Shown here: piece after piece, positions 47,434 to 56,500 of the stretch
Layout: every line of letters begins with the position of its first letter
How positions within the stretch are numbered: the stretch's first letter is position 1
Made by a program: the position numbers and the translations under genes
IMG/VR virus record: IMGVR_UViG_3300027708_003081
Reading direction: 5' to 3' (one strand)
DNA from: a virus
Taxonomy: Duplodnaviria; Heunggongvirae; Uroviricota; Caudoviricetes
Length of the DNA: 64,000 nt
Notes under the pieces: model-generated
The model's input: only the letters and a program-made list of their open reading frames with translations
Told to the model about the DNA's origin: nothing
The model's database searches: none

Positions 47434-48021
47434 TTAGGATAATTTTTTAATTTTTGTTACCTTACCTTCAAAAATATGTTTTCCGACTTTAAATGAAAAA
47501 ACTTCATTAGCTTTTTCTGTTGATTCAACAAGTAGTCCGTTTTCTTTAAGAGCGTTATTAACGGCTTCTTCAATCATATCTTTAATTTGAGACATATTAA
47601 AACCTGAAGTTTTTTGAGGTGTTTCTTTTTTTGTTGGTTCTGAAACATAACCTGATTTGTTGTCTTTCATCAATCTTGCGGCTCTTTCAACTAAATCATT
47701 TGATAATGTTGTTGATTGTTGTTGTGGTTGTGCGATTGGATGTTCAATCATCAATCTTTTAATTTCATCAGGTAATTTTGAGTTCTTAATTGCATCTGCT
47801 GTCGGTACTCCAACAGGTTTTGTATTTGGTATAGATGATAGGTATGGTTGTTCTGTTTGTACTGCTTCATCTAATACCCCTTGTGGTATATTATATCTTG
47901 CGTTTGGAGCTGCAAACTCTTGTAAACTTGTTTGTGGTAATGAGCCGGGTTTTATTGACTCACTTTTATCCATTATTGCTTTTGATAAAGCTAATTTTTG
48001 CATTAATTCTTGTTCGTTCAT
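47434..48021 (-). CDS. Hypothetical protein
   Basis: 195-aa ORF in the operon. Confidence 0.6.
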   Translation of the reverse strand: MNEQELMQKLALSKAIMDKSESIKPGSLPQTSLQEFAAPNARYNIPQGVLDEAVQTEQPYLSSIPNTKPVGVPTADAIKNSKLPDEIKRLMIEHPIAQPQQQSTTLSNDLVERAARLMKDNKSGYVSEPTKKETPQKTSGFNMSQIKDMIEEAVNNALKENGLLVESTEKANEVFSFKVGKHIFEGKVTKIKKLS

Positions 48022-48025
48022 AAAT

Positions 48026-48406
48026 TTAAAATTGTGATATAATGATAATACTTTTCATAGATTTGTCACCATTTGGATTAAAATTTGGTCTTATTTCTGT
48101 AAAATTTTCTCCCGTCGGTCTAAAAACAAGTATTTTATCCAATCTAAACATTCTCCATCCAGGAAAAGGTCTTTTCTTTAGATACCCCCTATGAGAGGCA
48201 CCTTCATAGTCCCAAGCCCTTAAAACCTTATTACCTCTTTTACTTGAACCCAAACAAACAGGTTCAATCATACGAAGTCCTCTACCACCAGGTTCATCAC
48301 CATCATAGTAGATTATACACTTTTCTTTGTTTTTTATTGCGTTAATAACATTATCAAAGTGTGCAATTTCGCAAATTAAATCTTTTAATGTTTCGTTAAG
48401 TTTCAT
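48026..48406 (-). CDS. Stand-alone WYL-domain protein
   Basis: IYY...R.IEP..LG...VLRAW...GWRMFRLDKI. Confidence 0.75.
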   Translation of the reverse strand: MKLNETLKDLICEIAHFDNVINAIKNKEKCIIYYDGDEPGGRGLRMIEPVCLGSSKRGNKVLRAWDYEGASHRGYLKKRPFPGWRMFRLDKILVFRPTGENFTEIRPNFNPNGDKSMKSIIIISQF

Positions 48407-48705
48407 TAGTATGGGAAATCAGGATAAGTATTACTTGATTTATATTTATTAATTCTTATTTCACTTCTTCTTTCAAGAATGTCGTCACTCGTTCCTGCTG
48501 CGTCGTTATATACATCTAAAAATTGTCCTGTACCTCTACCCATATTATCACCATCCGCAATTGCATCAGGGTTTGTTACGGAGTATTCATCTGCGGTTGC
48601 AACATAATCATTTTTTGGGAATAATTTATGTCTCTCTTGGTCTGCAACTGCAGTCATTTGATTTGGAACGTTTTGACTTAAATCTGTTGGTAATTGACTT
48701 GGCAT
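48406..48705 (-). CDS. Hypothetical protein
   Basis: 99 aa; TAATG coupling to the WYL gene. Confidence 0.6.
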   Translation of the reverse strand: MPSQLPTDLSQNVPNQMTAVADQERHKLFPKNDYVATADEYSVTNPDAIADGDNMGRGTGQFLDVYNDAAGTSDDILERRSEIRINKYKSSNTYPDFPY

Positions 48706-48709
48706 ATTT

Positions 48710-49174
48710 TTATATTTTTGATATTAATTCGTTTATTCGTTTTAAACTTTCAGTAACCGCCGCATTATATTTGTCTACGGTTCTTGAATGTTCTTTTGAT
48801 GGTCTAACGTCTATACCATCTTTACTATGAGTTTGAATATGTTGGTTTTGCATACCCGTTTCTGATTTATTATGTTTTGTAGTATAAATACCTTCTCTCA
48901 TTCTTCTTAACTCGTTATTCACCCAGTTTTTCATCTTTGCTCCGCCATTTAATACAAATTCGTGGTCAACATCTTTACCTTGAAAATTATCAAAGAAGTT
49001 TTTAATTCTTTTTAATTGTTTATAGGTAATTGATTTTTGTCCTTGTAATTCTTGGTTTCTTTTGTGTCCTTCAGTATTTTCATCAGCGTCTTTAGCACTA
49101 TGATGTGAAACCCTCATATGCTCTCTCATTTCATCAGGAAATACTACCTTAATATCGTATAATTCTTTATTCAC
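48710..49174 (-). CDS. Hypothetical protein
   Basis: 154-aa ORF. Confidence 0.6.
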   Translation of the reverse strand: MNKELYDIKVVFPDEMREHMRVSHHSAKDADENTEGHKRNQELQGQKSITYKQLKRIKNFFDNFQGKDVDHEFVLNGGAKMKNWVNNELRRMREGIYTTKHNKSETGMQNQHIQTHSKDGIDVRPSKEHSRTVDKYNAAVTESLKRINELISKI

Positions 49175-49973
49175 CTTTTAACATTTTTATTAATTCTGAA
49201 ATTGAAAGTCCTTCTTTTTCCGCTTGTTTTTTTAATGTGGTTAAATTTTTCTTTACAATACTTGAAACTTTTTTTGGTTCTTTATCACTTATATCCGTAT
49301 CTTTATTTTTTTTATTAACCAAAATATCTTCTAAAACTTTAATCGCTTTTTGTTTTTGCATTTCAGGGATTATTTGTCTTGAGATAAAATTTTTATCGTG
49401 TCTATATTTTGATTTTTTATCTCTTTTACCTGATGGGTCTTTTCCTTGTTGTTTTGTTCTCTCTTTTGCGTCTTCCGGTTCCATATCTAATTCTTTAACA
49501 AAATACTTAAATGTTTCTTTACCGTTCAAATCTTTTGTTTCTTCAAATCCAAATGCGTCAGACATATCTTCTTCAGTCATTTCAGCTTCACCAAAATATG
49601 TTCTATAACCTCTTGTAATTGGGTCGTTAGTAATTCTTGCAGCCGCAATTGTTTGGTCCATAGTTTTTTTCGGGTGCATTTTTGGGTCAAGTATCGGTAT
49701 TCTTGAACTTGATAGACCCCCATCTGCATTAACTAATTCCTCCAACTCACCTTTAATGTCTTGAGTTGATTTTTTTTCTCCCCTTTTTAATATATTTTTT
49801 AAATAGGTTTTAACATTTTTTTCTTTGTCCTTATGGAATTGCACTAAACTATCTTTTTTTCTCGCTTCGGTTAAAGTTTCCTCAACAGAGAAATATAAAG
49901 AATATTTATCTTTAGTTTCTTTTAAAAAGAAATAATAAGGAGACGAATAAAATTCTTTATTATTAATAATCAT
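49167..49973 (-). CDS. Hypothetical charged protein
   Basis: 268-aa ORF; TATTTAT upstream. Confidence 0.6.
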   Translation of the reverse strand: MIINNKEFYSSPYYFFLKETKDKYSLYFSVEETLTEARKKDSLVQFHKDKEKNVKTYLKNILKRGEKKSTQDIKGELEELVNADGGLSSSRIPILDPKMHPKKTMDQTIAAARITNDPITRGYRTYFGEAEMTEEDMSDAFGFEETKDLNGKETFKYFVKELDMEPEDAKERTKQQGKDPSGKRDKKSKYRHDKNFISRQIIPEMQKQKAIKVLEDILVNKKNKDTDISDKEPKKVSSIVKKNLTTLKKQAEKEGLSISELIKMLKGE

Positions 49974-50022
49974 TTTTTTTCTTTTAATATAAATACCTGA
50001 AAAAAAAGTATTTATCTATATT

Positions 50023-52632
50023 ATGTCTTATCAAAATATAAATCAGTATGTATTTAATAAGTTTTATCTTAAACCATCGGGTGAGATAACCGATGTATCA
50101 TTAGCATCAGATGAAAATGACTATGATAAAGAAGTTCTTTTTTCTCCTTATATTATTGGATATGGGGATGGTAACAGGATGCCAATAAGTTTTGATTTTA
50201 ATAGCACTACCACTTCAAAATGTATTGGTTGCGGAGATTGGGAATCAGATGTTATTGTTTCTGAAAATTATTTTAATCCTAAAAATTTAGATTTAATTAC
50301 TTGTGGAAAATTAACCACATTATGTGATGTTGGTCTAACAGGTGTTGATAACGGATTGGTTCAAGGATTAACAGGCGAAACTATTGAAGTTAATAGTGGT
50401 TTGTATATCTACGATAGTCAAATTTATAATAGATATTTTTATGATAGAAGATTTAAAATGCATCCCGTTACAGGATTTACGAACACATCAAATAGATTAT
50501 TAAATGATAATTCTTACAATTATGATATAACAACGGGTTCAACAAGTGGTACAGGAACTTATGTAACATTTAAAGGAGGATTCTATCAAGGATTTTATAA
50601 ATTATCAGAGTATGATTATCAGGTTTTACCTGAAAGATACCATCAAGGATGGTCTACAGAATTTTTATTAAGACATAGATGGACAGGAAATACTAGTGTT
50701 GGTTTGAATGCGAGATATCCTCAAAACAAAGGTACGTTCTTTTATATGGGTGCCAGAGCAGAAAATAAGTTTTATCATTTTTCTAATGGAGCTCCAAAAA
50801 TAAATTATAACGGAACTTGGAAATTATATATTCAAGATTTTGTTGGTACCGATAGTGGGAGAACAGATTCAATTGTTTTATCAATTTGTAATTCAGGTAT
50901 TTGTTCTTCATTTAGTGATAACACATCTATTAAGATACCTGATTTAAGTGTTGCGTCAACCTATCCAATAAGATTTAATGTTACAGGGATTACGGAAAAT
51001 ATTGAAAATATATCAGTAAAATTTAATAATTTTTACCATCCCTATCCGGGTGATTTAGGTATACTTCTTGTTTCGCCTAATGGCGCATATACCTTATTAG
51101 ATGCTGGCGGATTTGCTCCTTTATTTTCATATAACCCTATAAATGTGACTTTAACAAATACGGGAACAACGTTATGGAACGATAGTATTAATTGGATTGG
51201 TGGCGAATATTTAAACGATTCTTTAACAAAACGTGATTTACCATTTTCATCTCCAAGCCCATATCAATTTTTTGGTAACTCTTCAAGAAATTTAACGGCA
51301 TTTACCGATGATAGTTATTTTAGAGTTACAGATGGATTAGATTGCTTAAAAACTTGCGCTTGTTCTGACTCCGCAATAACTCAATCAAATTGTGGTTTTG
51401 TATATCAACAATCAGCGGTAACATCAACAAATAACATATGTCCTTGTGGTTGTGGATTAACTATAACTGCAAGTACGGAACAATTAGACCCATTATTGGA
51501 TAGTGTTTCAAATGCGTTATCGATAAGATTAAGTGGTGATACAGGTAACCCAAAAGTTTGTATTAAAACGTTTAGAATAACGGGAGGATGTGAAACAACA
51601 GGTTCTTGCGAGACAACAGGTATTACATACACAACAGGAACATCTGTAAGTGAATGGTGCTCAAGTGCGGGTATATTCGATGATTGTGAATTTTCAACAT
51701 ATTCAGATAATGAGAATTGGGTTCAAATAAATGCAGTTTTTGTTAGAGATACATATCTTGATGATTGTGATTTAAAATATAAGGGTGGATTAGACTTGAT
51801 TGTAAAAAACGTTTTTACCGCAACAAGTGCGAATAATAGTGTTAGTTTGGTTAAACCACCATTAACTCACGATGTACCACATGACCCCGTAAAAGTTAAT
51901 GTCGTTAATTTAAATGAACAGTGGATTGATGAAACCAAATATAGAAAAGGTAAATTTAAAATTTATGTTAATGGTAAATTATTTATGTTGATTGAAGATT
52001 TTGAGGAGATAATACCTAGACCATTAAACACAGAAAAAGAAAAACAAATTGGTGTTCCGTTTAACATTTCGTTAGGTGGAGGAACTCAAGGACTTAAAGA
52101 TAATTTAACATTTTTAGGTTGTCCTGAAGACCCATACTTTTATTCGGTTCAACAAGACCCAGAATGTTTACCAACAAGTGTTTTAACCGCAACAACATTT
52201 GCGGGTTTAGAAACAAAAATACATTTGGAAGAATTATTTGGCGGTAGTTTTATTGGTGATATGAGCGCATTTAGATTTTATACTGAACCGTTAAATGCGT
52301 CACAAATCGCGCATAATTTTAGTATTTTAAAAGAAAAATATAATTTACTAGACCCAGATTGTGTTGATTGTGAGCCAAACAATAAATATTTACCAATTAT
52401 ATCATCATTTTCACCTGGAAGTGGTTTTGTTGGTGATACAATACAACTCATAGGTAAAAATTTTAATCAAATAACCACATTATTTTTAAATAATATACAA
52501 GTAACTAATTTCACAATTCAGAGTGATGCTGTAATGATATGTAAAATACCTACAGGTTCGATAACAGGTTACTTTATCGCAAATTCAAATTATGGTTATA
52601 GTTTAAGTAAAAATCAGTTTATTGTTATTTAA
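50023..52632 (+). CDS. Virion/adhesion protein: LamG-like domain, inserted permuted proprotein-convertase P-domain, Cys-rich segments, C-terminal IPT/TIG
   Basis: KIYVNGKL and FIGDMSAFRFYTEPLNASQI (LamG); HPYPGDLGILLVSPNG and NGTWKLYIQD (P-domain); PIISSFSPGSGFVGDTIQLIGKNF (IPT/TIG). Confidence 0.65.
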   Translation: MSYQNINQYVFNKFYLKPSGEITDVSLASDENDYDKEVLFSPYIIGYGDGNRMPISFDFNSTTTSKCIGCGDWESDVIVSENYFNPKNLDLITCGKLTTLCDVGLTGVDNGLVQGLTGETIEVNSGLYIYDSQIYNRYFYDRRFKMHPVTGFTNTSNRLLNDNSYNYDITTGSTSGTGTYVTFKGGFYQGFYKLSEYDYQVLPERYHQGWSTEFLLRHRWTGNTSVGLNARYPQNKGTFFYMGARAENKFYHFSNGAPKINYNGTWKLYIQDFVGTDSGRTDSIVLSICNSGICSSFSDNTSIKIPDLSVASTYPIRFNVTGITENIENISVKFNNFYHPYPGDLGILLVSPNGAYTLLDAGGFAPLFSYNPINVTLTNTGTTLWNDSINWIGGEYLNDSLTKRDLPFSSPSPYQFFGNSSRNLTAFTDDSYFRVTDGLDCLKTCACSDSAITQSNCGFVYQQSAVTSTNNICPCGCGLTITASTEQLDPLLDSVSNALSIRLSGDTGNPKVCIKTFRITGGCETTGSCETTGITYTTGTSVSEWCSSAGIFDDCEFSTYSDNENWVQINAVFVRDTYLDDCDLKYKGGLDLIVKNVFTATSANNSVSLVKPPLTHDVPHDPVKVNVVNLNEQWIDETKYRKGKFKIYVNGKLFMLIEDFEEIIPRPLNTEKEKQIGVPFNISLGGGTQGLKDNLTFLGCPEDPYFYSVQQDPECLPTSVLTATTFAGLETKIHLEELFGGSFIGDMSAFRFYTEPLNASQIAHNFSILKEKYNLLDPDCVDCEPNNKYLPIISSFSPGSGFVGDTIQLIGKNFNQITTLFLNNIQVTNFTIQSDAVMICKIPTGSITGYFIANSNYGYSLSKNQFIVI

Positions 52633-52653
52633 GTATAACAATAATATAAATTA

Positions 52654-52682
52654 AAAACCCACCATTTAGGTGGGATTTTTTT
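52654..52682. terminator. Bidirectional intrinsic terminator
   Basis: AAAAA-CCCACC-ATTTA-GGTGGG-ATTTTTTT between convergent genes. Confidence 0.75.
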
Positions 52683-53131
52683 TATCTATTAAATCTCTTG
52701 AGTAAGTCAGCTTTAGTCGTTTGGAAAGTTTTAGGTTTTTCGGTTGGTGAGGACTTTAAAACTGGTTTTTCTTCTTTTTGTTCAAATACTTGAACCTTTA
52801 ATTTAGGTTTGTCTTCAACCTGTTCGGTTACAACAACGTTTACTTTTTTATTTGTTTTAACGTTGAAATCAGAGTTCCAAGGTTCAAAATATACATCATC
52901 CGCAATTACTTCCAATCTCATATTACCTTTTGTACCTTCGGGAAGAAAATACTTTGTTTTTGGAATTATAACTTCACATATTCCGTTATTTTCAATAGTT
53001 CCGTTGAACATATAAGACATTTCGTCTGTTTCAACAACAACTCTTACTTTAGATTTTGCTAAAGAAGTTCCTTCAATTTCAATATTACAATTGAATTTAT
53101 TTGGTTTGTCTGTATATAAATTGTATGCCAT
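52682..53131 (-). CDS. Hypothetical protein (beta-rich N-terminus)
   Basis: 149 aa; TATTTAT 5 nt upstream. Confidence 0.6.
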   Translation of the reverse strand: MAYNLYTDKPNKFNCNIEIEGTSLAKSKVRVVVETDEMSYMFNGTIENNGICEVIIPKTKYFLPEGTKGNMRLEVIADDVYFEPWNSDFNVKTNKKVNVVVTEQVEDKPKLKVQVFEQKEEKPVLKSSPTEKPKTFQTTKADLLKRFNR

Positions 53132-53148
53132 ATGATATAAATATATCT

Positions 53149-53466
53149 TTATTCATTAAGTTTAACATTTACTTTAATTATTTTTTGTTCTTTCATTAAC
53201 ACCTCAATATCTTTTAATTTTATTTTAACTTTTTTATTTTTTTGTTTATTTTGTGTTGTTTCAAAAACTAATTCTTCAACATCAAGTCTAACAAATAATT
53301 TTATTAAAGTTTCTTTCTCGTCATCAGTTAATTTTTTTATTCTTTCTCTAACGGGCACAGTACCGTATCCAACCAATTTTTCTATGATACAACCCTCTTT
53401 CCAAGTGAAAGGGCACTCATTCCACGGAAACGGTGTATCATCCCATCTGTAACAAACTGAACTCAT
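53149..53466 (-). CDS. Hypothetical protein
   Basis: 105 aa; W..(T/C)PF.W repeats at the N-terminus. Confidence 0.55.
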   Translation of the reverse strand: MSSVCYRWDDTPFPWNECPFTWKEGCIIEKLVGYGTVPVRERIKKLTDDEKETLIKLFVRLDVEELVFETTQNKQKNKKVKIKLKDIEVLMKEQKIIKVNVKLNE

Positions 53467-53468
53467 AC

Positions 53469-53480
53469 TATTTATAAATA
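53469..53480. promoter_or_regulatory. Palindromic putative late promoter TATTTATAAATA serving divergent genes
   Basis: Perfect 12-bp palindrome carrying TATTTAT on both strands, between 53149..53466(-) and 53502..58379(+). Confidence 0.6.
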
Positions 53481-53501
53481 ACTAATTAATTGTAAAATTA
53501 A

Positions 53502-56500
53502 ATGAATAATCCTTTATTTAATAAGAATATGGCACCTCCGTTTGGAAAATCAGATATCTCAAACCAACTGATAAGAGACAGTTATCAATATGTCCTTCAG
53601 GCAAGTGATGAGGGTGTTATGTATAGAATAAATGGTGATTTTTTGGTAAATCCAATTTTCACTTCAGGTATCACCATATATACAGGTTTTACTTTTGTTG
53701 ATGGTAATCAACAATCTGGTTATGTTTTAACATCAGATGGAAGTGGTAATGCCACTTGGCAGCCGGCAAGTGCTGCAACTCCATCATCAGGTGTAACAAG
53801 TATTACGGTTGGCGAGGGTTTATCTGCGAATTCTTCAACAGGTGCAGTAACTATTGTTTTTACGGGCTCAACGGGAATTAACGGAGAATACCTACCATTA
53901 AGTGGGGGAACTGTAACTGGCGATACAGTATTTCAAAGTGGCTTAACTGCAAATACAATATCTGCAACAATTTATAAAAATTTTCCAGGTAGTTCATCAG
54001 ACAATTGTATAACAACATTATATGTATCAAATCTGAGTGGTTGTTCTCCCGTAACAATTTTAACACCGATTAATATTACTGATGGTGCAAATATTACAGG
54101 CGCAACACATTTTTATAATAGAGCATCATTTACCGGCGGTATTACTGTTACAGGTGATGTAACATCAGATTCGGTGGTTACAGGTAATTTATCTGCGGAT
54201 ACTATTTCCGCAACTACCTTAACTATTGTAAATTCTTCAAATATAACTTCAGGTAGTATTACCGCGGATACATATTCAGGCAATACAATTATTGTAAATA
54301 ATTTTACTGCGGTAACAGTTTCTGCAACAACATATTTAAATCTTCCTGAAAGTGCGGATACAAAAGTAACAGGTTTTAGTTTAACCGATAATGTAATAAC
54401 ATTATCTCAAAATAGAACGGATGAATATTCTGCGTTCACGATAAGTTTATCTGCGTATACGGGCTCATCATCTACATCAGGTGCGTATCTTCCATTAAGT
54501 GGTGGAACCGTAACGGGTAATACCATATTTCAATCAGGACTAACTACCAATACATTAACAATAACAGGGTTAACTTCATCAACAGATAGTAATGTAGTTA
54601 CAATAGATAATAGTGGTATTTTACACACGTATCCAATATCAGGATTAACAGGAAATACAACAAGTGGTAATGACGGTGCAAACTCAGGAAGATGGATACT
54701 TGATAATATAACAAGTCCCCCAAATCCAAATTATTTTTATACAACATCTACCGACTTTTCCGCATTAACATCTGTTGATATTAGTATTACCGCATCAACA
54801 AATGCCGACTATTATTATTGGTTTGCCTTGATGCAAAACTATAGAATCAATTTTCAAGACGGATTTTTACAAATTCAAGAGGTTGGAAATACAAATAATA
54901 CTGGTAACTATTTTATACAGACCGTAACAAATAATACAACATATTTTACAATAACTTTTATTTATGCGAGTTCTAACGGAACGTTTACTAATGGTAAAGA
55001 ATTCACAATATCTTATGTTTTTAATGGCCCAGCAGGTCCTCCTGGACCTACAGGTGTTAATTCGGTGACTGCGAGTTTGGGATTATCGGGTGATACGACA
55101 ACGGGTGATATTACAATAATTAATACCGCGCCTGATAAAGATGTTGTTATTACGGGTGGAACAAATATACAGATTGTCAGTGATTATCCAAACTTTGGAA
55201 TTAATTTTACGGGTACAACATCGTCGGCATTTACGGGGGGTACTGTAAGTGGTGCGACAAATTTTACTAATGGTTTAACTGCGAATACAATATCTGCAAC
55301 AACATATTACAATTACCCCGACACTTTTGTTACAGGATTTACATTATCATCTAATACAATAACTCTTACTCAAAATAGAACTGATGGATATTCTTCATTT
55401 ACCATTAGTTTATCTGCATATACAGGTAATACATCTACATCGGGAGCGTTCTTACCATTAAGTGGGGGAACTGTAACGGGCGGAACAATATTCCAAAGTG
55501 GTGTAACCGCAAATACAATATCTCAAACACAATATATAGATTTTACAACGGGTTCTACAAATCCGTCATCGGTTGCGGGTAGAGTGTTTTTTGATACTAC
55601 CCAAAAAGCATTATCATATTTTGATATTTCAAATAACCAAGTTCCAATTGCGATGGGACAATCTCTTTATACAAGAGTTTGGAATGCAACAGGAGTTCAA
55701 ATAGATAAAGGTAAGGTAATCGCAATCACCGGCACATCAAATAATTTACCAAGTGCAATACTTGCGGTTAATACACACTCAATTACATCTGCTCGTCCAA
55801 TAGGTTTGGCGGCAGAAAACATTCCAAATGGTACTGAAGGGTTGGTTTTAAATAATGGTATATTAAGTGGAATAACAATTAACGGATTTGCAAATGGTGA
55901 TACATTATATTTGTCTGATATAACACCTGGTGGTTATGTCGCATCAACAGCGTCATTAGCATTTACCGCAAGAACAAATGAAATAGGTTATGTTCTTCAA
56001 ACGGGTTCATCGGTAGGTAGAATATATGTTAATATCAATAATGAAGATAGTAATTTATCATTAACGGATAAAGAAAGAAATATTCTTGAGGGTAATGTTA
56101 TTTCGGGTGGCGTATATGAATATACGGGAATGACTCAAGGAACGGGTCAAACAATTAACGTTGCGTATGCAAGAGGTTGGATTGTTAAAAACACATACAC
56201 ATATGCAACACAACCTGATGTAACAAACATTTATTATACAGGTGGAACAAATATACCTTTAACTTATTTAACAAGTGCTGATGCCACATACATTTTAATT
56301 AATAGTGGTGCGACATTAGTTCAACAAACAACATTTCCAACACCACAACAAAGAAGAGAGAATATATTTTTGGGTAAGGTGGTTCATCCAAATAGAAGTA
56401 CAATAACAAGTATAAATAATACTGTTGATTTTGATGTAAGTCCTATGGCAGCACTTCGTGATTTGTGGACACCAATTAAACTTATTAATCAAGGTGTTGT

